Counted from the first letter of the stretch, positions 20,111 to 29,626 are shown. The stretch is DNA of 64,000 bases from an uncultured Candidatus Binatia bacterium (GCA_965218395.1 OZ244620.1:1226818-1290817), one strand, 5' to 3'. Numbers and translations: made by a program. Notes: a model not told the origin generated them from the sequence alone.

Positions 20111-21120
20111 GCCGACGCGGAATTTACTGCCGCGACTGTCCCGAGTGCCGAACTGATAGACTTTGCGATAGCTTCGGCTAGCGGCGGCGGAACCGCCTCG
20201 CTCACTTGGTCAATCTGCGCCGAAAGGGTCCCGTCCAGAACGTACTCCTTGGGAAACCCTTGAATCCTCATAGCCTCAAACACGCTCAGCCGCCGTTTGC
20301 CGTCAGGATGCACATGCACCTCCCGATGCCCGTAAGATGCCGTGATGCTCGGTTCGTCCCAGGCGAGTGTCTTAAAGCTACGGGTCGACGAATACCCCTC
20401 GACGAGGGAACCGTCAAAGAACCTGCGGGACTTGGGCGTCATGCACCAGTGATTCGGGTGAACCGGGATCGATTCCTTTTCGATACCTCGGGCAAAATAC
20501 ACCGGCGTAGGCAGACCCCGAATCGCATCTCCGACCGTCACACGCTCCTCGTTTCCGACAGGCGGAGACCACCGCTTCATATAAAATTTATCTTTCGGAA
20601 GCGCTAGCACAAACAGCCGATTGCGATGTTGCGGCACCGAGTGACAAGCCGCATTTACAAGGAAGTCACAAACATCGAAACCATTCTCTTCCAAGCGATT
20701 GATTTCCTGGGCGAGAAGACGGCTGTTCACCGCCCTCTTGAGGTCAGGAACGTTCTCCATCAGTATGAAGTCAAGTGGTCGGCGGTATTTATGGAACTGT
20801 AGTGCTATGGAAAAGAAACGTCGCACCAACTTGCTCCGTGGGTCGGCGACCGAGGCCGAACTGTTAGCCCGTGAAAAGCTCTGGCAGGGCGGGCCGCCGA
20901 TCACGCCGCTCGGAACGAATCTGGCTCCGTGGTCGCAGTCCATATCCGCCAACCGAATCGCTCGTAAGTCGGTGACATGGCCGCGTTGCTCCCCAGGTCG
21001 GTTGCGGTTCCAGGAAGCTATTGAATTTGCGCGAATATCGTACGCCAAGCCGATTTCGAAACCTGCCCGCTCGAAACCTAGATCCAACCCCCCACAACCC
21101 GAGTACAGGCTCAGTAACAC
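20074..21120 (-). CDS. DNA (cytosine-5)-methyltransferase
   Basis: SLYSGCGGLDLG, GGPPCQSFS (catalytic PC), MENV, QHRNRLF, RRLSVFEAMRIQGFP; GTG start after GGGAGG. Confidence 0.92.
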   Translation of the reverse strand: MLLSLYSGCGGLDLGFERAGFEIGLAYDIRANSIASWNRNRPGEQRGHVTDLRAIRLADMDCDHGARFVPSGVIGGPPCQSFSRANSSASVADPRSKLVRRFFSIALQFHKYRRPLDFILMENVPDLKRAVNSRLLAQEINRLEENGFDVCDFLVNAACHSVPQHRNRLFVLALPKDKFYMKRWSPPVGNEERVTVGDAIRGLPTPVYFARGIEKESIPVHPNHWCMTPKSRRFFDGSLVEGYSSTRSFKTLAWDEPSITASYGHREVHVHPDGKRRLSVFEAMRIQGFPKEYVLDGTLSAQIDQVSEAVPPPLAEAIAKSISSALGTVAAVNSASAYAPISSSSVEL

Positions 21121-21553
21121 AATGCATCGCCTCCCGCCTACAATAAGCCTAGCACAATTGACCAATGAGTGCTCCCGCTAAATCAGGGTGGTAGAGGGAA
21201 CCCCCACAAGCCGCTGAAGAGCAGAGCAGGATTGCCCACCAGAAGGGCCGCCGCCCTTGTAGTTGATTACAGAAATTGTCTTTACGTCTTTTTTCTCTCC
21301 CGAGTTTAGACAAGGCGTTTGTCACTCTTAGCTTGACATGTGACCGTCACTAACGGCTTGTTCGTGACTTTGATAGTCATGCCGTATGTGACTCCTTGGT
21401 CTATTTCCCATAAATTCCTGCTACCTTCTGCAGTAATCATACTCATAATCCCATGCTTGGCTCACCGTTGTACACGTCACTCATATGTCCCTCCCCACCA
21501 ACTGTCCTAATTTGAAAAAACAAATCGGAAGCTGTCCAAATTAGGACAGTACC

Positions 21554-21561
21554 AGGCGGCG
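21554..21561 (+). repeat. Right 8-bp target-site duplication
   Basis: AGGCGGCG immediately after IRR. Confidence 0.85.
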
Positions 21562-21622
21562 AATCCAGTTGACAGTCAAGGAGTTGGCTGGATAAGCTGC
21601 GGGCAGCCCTGGGGAGGAATAC

Positions 21623-22897
21623 ATGGCAAAAAAAAGTGCGAAGCGCGACGCTCGCCTGGCACAAGGCAAAAAAGTGCTGGAAGAATGGGGCATTCAGCCC
21701 TCTGCCGGACAGGACGGCAGCCTGGATATTGCCAGCCTGCATGAGCGCATAGGACAGCAGGCTGACGCCGACCTGGCCCTGGCCGCATTCCTGGGCGAGG
21801 TCCAGACGGCAGAGGCGGCCCAATTCCTGGCGGGTTGGGAGGAAAAGGCGGCTGATAAGCGGGTGCGTAAAGAGATTAGCCGGGCCCTCTATCGCCTGGC
21901 GCAAAAAGGGATACGGGCCGACCGGCCGCAAAAGGCAGCGGGCAAGTCCATTCTCACCCCGATTGAACCGGAAGGCTATATCTCCGCAATGGATGGCCGC
22001 GGCGATCGCCTCGTTTGGATAGTGAAATCACGCCTTGGCGGCGGGCTGCATTTCTTGTCTTCGCTGATCAACGAACCAGAAGGGATGCGCTATATTGAGG
22101 GCACGGAAATATCGCGCAAAGTGCTGCGGCAGGCGCTTCAGGATTTGAGCGCTAACCGCGGACTGACTCTGATTGAAGCGCCGTGGCGGTATTGCGATTT
22201 CCTGATGCAGGAAGGCTATGAACGTGCACAGGCACAGGACAAAAAAGAGGTGGAATCCTACCCGGCGGCGCGGTCCTTTGTGTTCACCACGCCGCCAGAA
22301 AGAGTAAACGTGTCCTCCAATCGTTCAGACAAAGCTGGACACGTTTACTCTTTACCCCAAACAGTTCCGCTGCCGGACAGTTTGGATCGGCATGCAATCG
22401 CTGCCGACGAAAATCTACTTGTAACGTCCACTCAGCTTGCCGAAGAACCGGAAATGCAGCGCTGGGTATTCGACCCGGAACAGGCCAAGCCCTATGTCGA
22501 AAAGATAAGCAGTGCGCAGGAGAGCCCGCTGGTGCTGAACCAGCATCAGCAAAAAGACCGGGTGGACGAGGTCATCAAACAAGCGGTTGCCGAGGTGTTT
22601 TCAGGCGAGAGCGGCCGGGCCTACGCGCGGCGTCTGGAAGAAACGGCGCTGTATTTTGCGGCAAGCGGACGTTTGGAGTCAGCCCAACGTGCCCTGGCCG
22701 TGTCTCTGGCGCTCCAAAAAGAGGGCGCGAGCGGCAGTGGTATTCCCTTTTGTGAAGGCTTGGTCCAGCAGAGCATCGGCCTGCACTACACGGAAGAAAA
22801 GCAACACCAACAGGAAGAGGCCAAAGGCTCGCTCATTATGAAGCCGTCCGAGTTTGCGGCGCGGGCGCAGCAGGCCCAGCGCCAGCGGCGGGTCTGA
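21623..22897 (+). CDS. Conserved-looking helical hypothetical protein with an in-frame palindrome insertion
   Basis: 424-aa open frame with host-like codon usage; no family recognised. Confidence 0.7.
   Translation: MAKKSAKRDARLAQGKKVLEEWGIQPSAGQDGSLDIASLHERIGQQADADLALAAFLGEVQTAEAAQFLAGWEEKAADKRVRKEISRALYRLAQKGIRADRPQKAAGKSILTPIEPEGYISAMDGRGDRLVWIVKSRLGGGLHFLSSLINEPEGMRYIEGTEISRKVLRQALQDLSANRGLTLIEAPWRYCDFLMQEGYERAQAQDKKEVESYPAARSFVFTTPPERVNVSSNRSDKAGHVYSLPQTVPLPDSLDRHAIAADENLLVTSTQLAEEPEMQRWVFDPEQAKPYVEKISSAQESPLVLNQHQQKDRVDEVIKQAVAEVFSGESGRAYARRLEETALYFAASGRLESAQRALAVSLALQKEGASGSGIPFCEGLVQQSIGLHYTEEKQHQQEEAKGSLIMKPSEFAARAQQAQRQRRV
22299..22353. repeat. Palindromic element copy 2, inside a CDS
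   Basis: AAAGAGTAAACGTGTCC-N21-GGACACGTTTACTCTTT, translated within ERVNVSSNRSDKAGHVYSL. Confidence 0.9.
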
Positions 22898-23060
22898 GTC
22901 TGTGGCAATATCGTTTGGGGGATGGTACATGGAGCGGTGGGCCGAACGGCTGCCCACGCGGTTGCACACAGCAGCCTGACCGTTGAGTATGGACAACAGG
23001 TAGGGGGAGTCCCGGCGAGCAGCCCGGACTGCCCCGAATAGTGCCCTAACCGAGGGGACC

Positions 23061-23330
23061 ATGTCGCAGCCCTTCCCGGATCAGATCACCCCGCTCCCGT
23101 TTTTGAGTGCAGGCACGATTCTGTCCTGTCCCGATTGTGGCGTGGGGCTCTATTTGCTCACCAAGAAGGTTACCCGGGATGGGACCTTTGAAGGCGCGGC
23201 GCAGGCCATGGCCGGTGTCCCGGAATATAAACGCGGGTCCACGCCGAAGACGTGTCCCTTATGTCAGACCGGCCAGTGGTGGTATCCGCCCGGCACGATA
23301 CATACCTTTCAGCACGGCTGGGTCGCCTAG
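23061..23330 (+). CDS. Small putative zinc-binding protein
   Basis: CPDC and CPLC pairs; RBS GAGGGG. Confidence 0.6.
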   Translation: MSQPFPDQITPLPFLSAGTILSCPDCGVGLYLLTKKVTRDGTFEGAAQAMAGVPEYKRGSTPKTCPLCQTGQWWYPPGTIHTFQHGWVA

Positions 23331-23457
23331 AGCGTCCCGGCCCGTGGCCGCTGGCGCGTTTGAGTTGACAATACCCCGCCGGGGTTATACCGGTTATACG
23401 CTTCTCATATGGCGAGACGCTTGATCTGTAAATCGATCTGTAAAAAGGAGGTTCTCT

Positions 23458-24342
23458 ATGGCAAGTCCGCAACTACAACAGACCCTCGATATGTTCAAAG
23501 AGATGGGGGCGAAGATGGCCGCGGCAAAGGATATCAACGCCATGCGCGCGATCATGATAGAAGCACCCGCCCCGGCTGGCGTGACGTGTACCCCGGTTGA
23601 AGCTGGGGGCGTGTCTGCCGAATGGAGTGTTGCCGATGGCGCTGACCAGGATAAGGTTATCTTGTATGTCCATGGTGGCGGATATGTGATGGGCTCCGCC
23701 GGGTCCCACCGCGACATGACTGGCCGCCTATCCCAGGCATCTGGCGCACGGGTGCTATCACTCAATTATCGCCTGGCTCCCGAGCATCCGTTCCCCGCTC
23801 CGGTCGATGATGCGCTGGCGGCCTACCGCTGGTTGCTCGGACAGGGTATTCAGGCCTCAAACATTGCTATTGCCGGAGACTCGGCTGGTGGCGGCCTCGC
23901 GCTGGCCGCCCTGCTCGCTATTCGTGACGCCGGGGAGCCTGTGCCGGCCGCGGGCATTGGTATTTCACCCTGGGTCGATATGGAAGGCACGGGAGAGTCG
24001 ATGACCACGCGGGCGGCGGTCGATCCGGTTGTCCAGAAAGAGGGCCTGCTCGGTATGGCCAAGCTGTATCTGGGCGGCGCGGACCCGAAAGACCCGCTGG
24101 CCGCTCCGCTGCATGGCAATCTTGTGGGTCTGCCGCCACTGCTGATCCAGGTCGGGGACTCGGAGACCTTGTTGGACGACGCCACACGAATCACACAACG
24201 CGCCCGCAAAGCAGACGTCGATGTGACGCTGAAAATCTGGGATGAAATGCCGCACGTGTGGCATTTGTTTGCGCCGATTCTTCCCGAAGGCCGGCAGGCT
24301 ATTGAAGAGATCGGGGCGTTCTTTAAGGAACAGACGGCATAG
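23458..24342 (+). CDS. Alpha/beta hydrolase, HSL family (esterase/lactonase-like)
   Basis: HGGG, GDSAGG, EMPHVW. Confidence 0.92.
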   Translation: MASPQLQQTLDMFKEMGAKMAAAKDINAMRAIMIEAPAPAGVTCTPVEAGGVSAEWSVADGADQDKVILYVHGGGYVMGSAGSHRDMTGRLSQASGARVLSLNYRLAPEHPFPAPVDDALAAYRWLLGQGIQASNIAIAGDSAGGGLALAALLAIRDAGEPVPAAGIGISPWVDMEGTGESMTTRAAVDPVVQKEGLLGMAKLYLGGADPKDPLAAPLHGNLVGLPPLLIQVGDSETLLDDATRITQRARKADVDVTLKIWDEMPHVWHLFAPILPEGRQAIEEIGAFFKEQTA

Positions 24343-24369
24343 AACCTGCCCTGCGGACAAGGCAGCACG

Positions 24370-24398
24370 GGGCAGTCCTGCGGGGCTGCCCTTTTTTT
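24370..24398 (+). terminator. Intrinsic terminator
   Basis: GGGCAG..CTGCCC hairpin followed by a T tract. Confidence 0.6.
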
Positions 24399-24403
24399 AA
24401 GCT

Positions 24404-25474
24404 ATGGCGCAACAACTGCATTTGAGCGTGGCGGATCAGTCGCCTGTCCGACAGGGGGGAACAGCCGCCCAGGCCCTGCGGGAGACGGTCGCGCTTGCCG
24501 AGGCGGTAGAAAAATTCGGCTATGAACGTTTCTGGGTGGCCGAGCATCACAATCTGCCCGGCTTCGCCGGGACCAGCCCGGAAATCGTGATTGGCCAAAT
24601 CGCCGCCCATACGCAACATATTCGAGTCGGGAGCGGCGGCGTGATGCTGTCCCACTATAGCGCCCTCAAAGTTGCCGAGCTATTCCGCGTCCTTGAATCG
24701 TTTTATCCAGGCCGCATAGACCTCGGCCTGGGTCGCGCGCCCGGGAGCGATCAACGAACCGCGGGTGCGCTCTCCTACCCCGGCCAACCCCGCGATATTC
24801 GGTATTACCCGGAGCAGGTCGACGACCTGATCGCCTACCTGGCAGATGCCCTCCCGCCGGATCATCGTTTTGCCGATGTGCATGCTGGACCCACAGCGGG
24901 CACCACACCGGTAGTGTGGCTGCTCGGCTCGGGCATAGACTCGGCCCTGATTGCGGCTGAGCGGGGTCTGCCGTTCAGCTATGCCTATTTCTTCGGTATG
25001 GGCGTCCAGCATGGTCCGGCTATTGTTGAGAGCTATCGCCGCCACTTTCATCCCTCGGAGTTTCTGGCCGAGCCCAAAGTCAATGTGACGGTTCAGGCTC
25101 TATGTGCGGAGACCGCAGAAGAGGCGCACTATCTGTCGGCAAGCAGAAACATGGTGCGGCTGAACATCATCCGTGGTCGCCGGCGGGGGGTGCCCACGCC
25201 CGAGGAAGCCCGCGCCTACCCGTATAGCGCTGACGAACTGGCCTATCTGGAACAATACCGCCGCGCCAATGTTGACGGAGACCCGCAGCAGGTGAAAGAG
25301 CAACTCGAACACCTGGCCGAGGTGTTTCAGACCACCGACCTCGGCGTCGTGACGATTTGTTATGATTTTTCCAAGCGCGTGCGCTCCTATGAACTCATCG
25401 CCGAAGCCTGCGGCCTGCCGGCCCCCAGCCCCCAACAAGAAGAGAGTCCTGCCGCTTCGCCCGGAGGCGACTAG
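24404..25474 (+). CDS. LLM-class flavin-dependent oxidoreductase (YhbW-like)
   Basis: RFWVAEHHN, RVGSGGVML.HYS, PGRIDLGLGRAPG. Confidence 0.92.
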   Translation: MAQQLHLSVADQSPVRQGGTAAQALRETVALAEAVEKFGYERFWVAEHHNLPGFAGTSPEIVIGQIAAHTQHIRVGSGGVMLSHYSALKVAELFRVLESFYPGRIDLGLGRAPGSDQRTAGALSYPGQPRDIRYYPEQVDDLIAYLADALPPDHRFADVHAGPTAGTTPVVWLLGSGIDSALIAAERGLPFSYAYFFGMGVQHGPAIVESYRRHFHPSEFLAEPKVNVTVQALCAETAEEAHYLSASRNMVRLNIIRGRRRGVPTPEEARAYPYSADELAYLEQYRRANVDGDPQQVKEQLEHLAEVFQTTDLGVVTICYDFSKRVRSYELIAEACGLPAPSPQQEESPAASPGGD

Positions 25475-25523
25475 AGCAAATTACACCGTAGTGTAGCGTC
25501 CGAGGGGGGCCGTCGCTCCAGAA

Positions 25524-25577
25524 CCGTAGGGTGCATCCCATGCACCAGCTTCCTGGTGCGCAGGGCGCACCCTACGG
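25524..25577. repeat. GTAG-type REP doublet
   Basis: CCGTAGGGTGCATCCCATGCACC...GGTGCGCAGGGCGCACCCTACGG. Confidence 0.75.
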
Positions 25578-25855
25578 GCTGGTCTCCGGTCCTTTGACGC
25601 CCTCCCGCTCCGCCAATCTGAAAACTGCTCTAGTCCCTCATCGCCGATTCCAAAGGTCAGGCCACCTCGCCTACACTCCTCCGTCACCGTGGGGAGAGTA
25701 TCTTTTCCCTGAGAAAACCCCTCGTTGTAAACTATTTAAGCCACTGTTGTAAAAAGGCTTTTTCCCAAAACAGGTCATATGAGAAACGTGCTGTAGAGAA
25801 AAATTATCAGCCCATTTCAGAAAGCGATGGACGTAAGGGCAAGTCTTGGTATGAT

Positions 25856-26344
25856 ATGCGGATGGTCAGGAAGGCGCAAAAGGAGCGGAAAACAGCAGCT
25901 CAACTGAAAAAAAATGGGGCGCGACCACAGACAACACGGACCGTGAAGAGATCGGTCACACAGAAAAAAGCGGCAGCCACAAAAAAGACGGTGAAGGGCG
26001 AGCCGGCCCGCAGGCAGCCAAAAAAGATGTCCTCCAAGGAGTGGCTGGAAACTTTCTTCCTCAGCCTCCTCGTTGCCCGACTCCAAGAGTTTTTTCGTTG
26101 GTGCTGGCAGAATATTGACAAAAAACAAACCCGCGGGACCGTAGCCGCACTGTATCGTGAGACCTTTTTCCCCTTTGAGTCAATGCCGGAGTATAAAAGG
26201 CTTCCCATCTGGCGGCAGATGCAGGTGGGACGCTTTGTCCACGGTCTGACGAGTGCACATGCAGCCCGGCTGGAGAAAATCACTCGGCAATGGGCTGAAG
26301 AAACAGGGCAGAATATGGATCCTATGAGGGACGACCAGGAGTAA
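25856..26344 (+). CDS. Hypothetical protein with Lys-rich N-terminus
   Basis: 162-aa ORF after an AT-rich promoter-like region. Confidence 0.55.
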   Translation: MRMVRKAQKERKTAAQLKKNGARPQTTRTVKRSVTQKKAAATKKTVKGEPARRQPKKMSSKEWLETFFLSLLVARLQEFFRWCWQNIDKKQTRGTVAALYRETFFPFESMPEYKRLPIWRQMQVGRFVHGLTSAHAARLEKITRQWAEETGQNMDPMRDDQE

Positions 26345-26475
26345 TATGTCGCTCACCCATCTTGCTCCTGCGTCCCTGATGGCAGAGCCTCAATTCGACC
26401 GCTACCGCTTACCGTACAACGCGCCAGCAGAGCCCAGCCCGCTACGCGGATATTCGGATCGGTGCAAGCGGTAAG

Positions 26476-26498
26476 CCCCTCTCTCCCCGGGAGAAGGG
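26476..26498. repeat. CCCTCTCCC-type palindromic repeat
   Basis: CCCCTCTCTCCCCGGGAGAAGGG; related copy at 62051. Confidence 0.5.
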
Positions 26499-26532
26499 TT
26501 GGTGAGGGCCAGCGGCCAGTGGCTCCTTGCCA

Positions 26533-27294
26533 TTACTGCGCCACATAACCGCCATCCACCGCCATGGGATGGCCGGTCACAAACGAGGCCGCGTCCGAAC
26601 ACAGCCAGGCCACGGCTTCACCGATCTCGGACGGTTGAGCCAGCCGACCGACCGGTTCCGCGCTCGATATGCCTTCGGCCATTTCGGGCACTTTTTCAAA
26701 GGCGCGTTTGAGCATCGGCGTTTCCACAGCGCCCGGACAGACCGCGTTCACCCGAATACCGGCCTTGGCATACTCCAGCGCGGCTGTTTTAGTGAGCCCG
26801 ACCACGCCGTGTTTGGCCGCGACGTAGGCCGACGCGGCCGGCATGCCTTGCAAGCCAGCCACCGAGGCGGTGTTCACAATCGCGCCCCCGCCCTGGCTGA
26901 GCATCTGCCGGACTTCGGCTTTCATGCTCAACCACACGCCTTTGAGGTTAATGCCGATCACCCTACTCCAGGTCGCCTGCGGATAGTCCGGGGTTGGCAG
27001 GAAATCGCCCTCGATACCCGCATTATTAAACGCGCAGTCCAGCCGGCCGTAGGTCTCAACCACTTGCTTGACCATCGCCTCCGTGTCAGCCGTTTGAGAG
27101 ACGTCAGCCTGGATAAAGATCGCTTCGCCTCCGGCGTCTTGAACCAGCCGCACGGTTTCCTCAGCGCCTTCGACATTCACATCCGCCACCGCAACTTTTG
27201 CCCCTTCACGAGCAAAAACCTGAGCGGTCGCCCGGCCTATCCCCGTGCTCCCCCCCGTAATCAAGGCGACCTTCCCCGCTAATAATCCTGCCAT
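26533..27294 (-). CDS. Classical short-chain dehydrogenase/reductase
   Basis: TGGSTGIG, NNAG, YVAAK, IRVNAVCPG. Confidence 0.95.
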   Translation of the reverse strand: MAGLLAGKVALITGGSTGIGRATAQVFAREGAKVAVADVNVEGAEETVRLVQDAGGEAIFIQADVSQTADTEAMVKQVVETYGRLDCAFNNAGIEGDFLPTPDYPQATWSRVIGINLKGVWLSMKAEVRQMLSQGGGAIVNTASVAGLQGMPAASAYVAAKHGVVGLTKTAALEYAKAGIRVNAVCPGAVETPMLKRAFEKVPEMAEGISSAEPVGRLAQPSEIGEAVAWLCSDAASFVTGHPMAVDGGYVAQ

Positions 27295-27358
27295 ACCACT
27301 CCCTTTCTCTCTCTATCTCCGTCTCCGTCTCTATCTCTATCCCTGTCTCTCTCCCTGC

Positions 27359-28561
27359 CTATTGCCACGCGCCCGACGCGCTGGACTGATACCCAAGCGC
27401 CCGGTAGACGGCATCGACCAGGCTCTGCCCCCGCTCATTGAGCGACGCGCCTGCGCCCATCCGGTTCATGGTATAGCCAAAGGACATGCCGGCTTTGGGG
27501 TCGGCAAAACCAAACGAGCCACCCGCGCCAACATGACCGAAGGCTTCTTCGGAGAATAAGACGCTGTCCTGCACTCCGGCCGGCTCCTGGCGGTTGTCCA
27601 TGGTTTTCATGAAGCCCAGGGCAAACCGGGTCGGCATGACCAGCACGGCGTCTCTGCCGGTTGCAGACGACACGCGGCCCATACGCGCCAGGGTCTCGGG
27701 GTTGACCAGTTCGACGTCGCCCTTTTTGCCGCCCAGGGCGAGCGGCTCATACAGGCCGGCCAGTCCGCGCGCGTTGGTAACACCGCCCGCGCCACCGATT
27801 TCTGCGGCGTGGGCGGCGCGGCTGTCGTACTCGGGAACGGCGCCCATATAGCCGCCCAGATTGAGTATGGCCAGGGCCGCCAGCGTGCCCGGCTTGGTCA
27901 TCTCCTGAAAGAGGGCGCTGGTCGGGTCCGGCTCGGCGGCAATCATGGGTGCCACCCGTGACTCTTTGTCTTCGGGTAAGCCGATCCAGAAGTCCAGACC
28001 CAGAGGCTGGGCAATCTCGTCCCGAAAGAACGTGCCGAGCGACTTGCCGGACACGCGCCGGACGACCTCGCCGACCAGCCAGCCGTAGGTCAGGGCATGA
28101 TAGCCGTTCCGGGTGCCGGGCTCCCAAAACGGTTCTTCTTTAGCCAGCGCGTTGACCATCACATCCCAGTCGGCATACGCGCCCTGGGGCAGATTTTCAC
28201 GCACCGCAGGCAGCCCGGCCTGATGATTCAGCAACATTTTGACCGGGATGTGTTCTTTGCCGGCCTGGGCAAACTCGGGCCAGTAGGTGGCGACCGGCGC
28301 GTCGAGGTCGAGTTGGCCGCGCGAGGCCAGAACGTGGGCGCAGATGGCCGTCGCGCCTTTTGTGGAGGAAAAGACGATGCTGACCGTCTCATCGGTCCAC
28401 GGCGTATCGGCCTTGGCCGTCCCGCCCCACAGATCGACCACGGTTTGCCCGCCGACGGTCACACATACCGAGGCGCCAACTTCGTCGCGCTCGGCAAAAT
28501 TGCGCTCGAACTCCTGCCGTACTTCCTGAAACTTTTGATCGCACGTTCCCTGCACTGCCAT
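27359..28561 (-). CDS. Serine hydrolase (beta-lactamase class C / EstB-like esterase)
   Basis: FSSTK (SxxK), YHALTYGW, FGHVGAGGS. Confidence 0.92.
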   Translation of the reverse strand: MAVQGTCDQKFQEVRQEFERNFAERDEVGASVCVTVGGQTVVDLWGGTAKADTPWTDETVSIVFSSTKGATAICAHVLASRGQLDLDAPVATYWPEFAQAGKEHIPVKMLLNHQAGLPAVRENLPQGAYADWDVMVNALAKEEPFWEPGTRNGYHALTYGWLVGEVVRRVSGKSLGTFFRDEIAQPLGLDFWIGLPEDKESRVAPMIAAEPDPTSALFQEMTKPGTLAALAILNLGGYMGAVPEYDSRAAHAAEIGGAGGVTNARGLAGLYEPLALGGKKGDVELVNPETLARMGRVSSATGRDAVLVMPTRFALGFMKTMDNRQEPAGVQDSVLFSEEAFGHVGAGGSFGFADPKAGMSFGYTMNRMGAGASLNERGQSLVDAVYRALGYQSSASGAWQ

Positions 28562-28649
28562 GATGTTCCTCCTTTTTTATCCGGACGCTACGCTCCTGCT
28601 GTATCAAATCGGAGCGGTAAAGTCTGTGGGCCGCGGACCATGACCGAGG

Positions 28650-28976
28650 CTATTGTCCGAGCCGTTTCTGTCGCTCACGGAGCAACAGGAATAACGGCAG
28701 ACCGGCGGCAAACGCCACCAGCCACGAGACCACAATGCAGACAATAAAATTCCGTGTGCCCAGCATTCGTCCTTCGGAGAATAACCAGACGTTATACGCC
28801 ACAAACGCGATCAACAGGTCGCACAGGAGCGAGGCGGTGGCCGCGCTCTCCATCGGCACAGTGAAGAAATCGACCAGGAGATTGCCGCCCGCACCCATAT
28901 ACTGGAGGTTGTAATACATGGGCAGGAGCACCCCTAAGGCAACCAGAACCGCATAGACCGTCTCACGCGTTGTCAT
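28650..28976 (-). CDS. Small membrane protein, DUF2834-like
   Basis: Three hydrophobic helices, DLLI, GLPLFLLLRE. Confidence 0.7.
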   Translation of the reverse strand: MTTRETVYAVLVALGVLLPMYYNLQYMGAGGNLLVDFFTVPMESAATASLLCDLLIAFVAYNVWLFSEGRMLGTRNFIVCIVVSWLVAFAAGLPLFLLLRERQKRLGQ

Positions 28977-29013
28977 ACGTCAGCCCTCCTGTTCCGTTCT
29001 TGATCGTTCTTGC

Positions 29014-29491
29014 CTATGGGTCGCACTCGATATGGAGTTCCTTGAGACCGCGGATCACGGGGTTAATGGCGTAGCGGAAGTCGTTCCTGCCCTCGGCCAG
29101 ACGAATAGCCCCCAGCCGGTTCAGCAGGGCCTCAAAGGCGACTTTGCCCTCCAGGCGCGCCAGCGAAGCGCCCAGACAGAAATGCACCCCCGCGCCAAAA
29201 GCCACGCTCATTCTGGCATTCGGCCTTACTGAGGACATCGGCGGCCGGCCAGCCCTGGGCCTCGATCTCCCGAATCTCCGGGGTATCGCGGGTGAGTCCT
29301 TCGGTGAGGCCGTGGACCGAAAACAGCTCCGGATGCATCAGGACATACTCGACGTCGCGGAAGCGGGTCGCGATGAACATGGGGGTGTCAGGTAACTGAT
29401 ACACGCCCCGCCGCCGCAGCTCGGCGTAGACCGCGTAGGGCTCGGCTAACACCTCAGGCACGAAGGGGTCTAAATTCGTCTGGTCCGGCAT
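29014..29491 (-). pseudogene. Cytochrome P450 with large internal deletion
   Basis: N-terminus (DPFVPEVLAEPYAVYAELR..) joined out of frame near 29228 to the haem motif FGAGVHFCLGASLARLEG; only 478 nt. Confidence 0.85.
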
Positions 29492-29626
29492 CACTCCTCC
29501 CCGCAGGCTAAATGATTCAGTCGCAGCCCGCCTTGACGCGGGTTCGATGCTGACGACTCGTGTTGACGTTGGCTTTTCAGGCACACCGGGGGATTGCCGA
29601 TGCGGGATGGTGGCCCGGTGGGGGGC

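Larger units (their letters stand above)
16335..21553. mobile_element. Non-autonomous transposon-like element with IS6-like ends and three cargo genes, no transposase
   Basis: IRL GGTGCTGTCCTAATT (16335-16349) vs IRR reverse complement GGTACTGTCCTAATT (21539-21553), 14/15 match; identical 8-bp flanks AGGCGGCG. Confidence 0.85.

Noticed and set aside
27300-27355. CT-rich hexamer-like low-complexity tract
   Set aside because: Irregular purine/pyrimidine tract in a short intergenic gap; no evidence of function.
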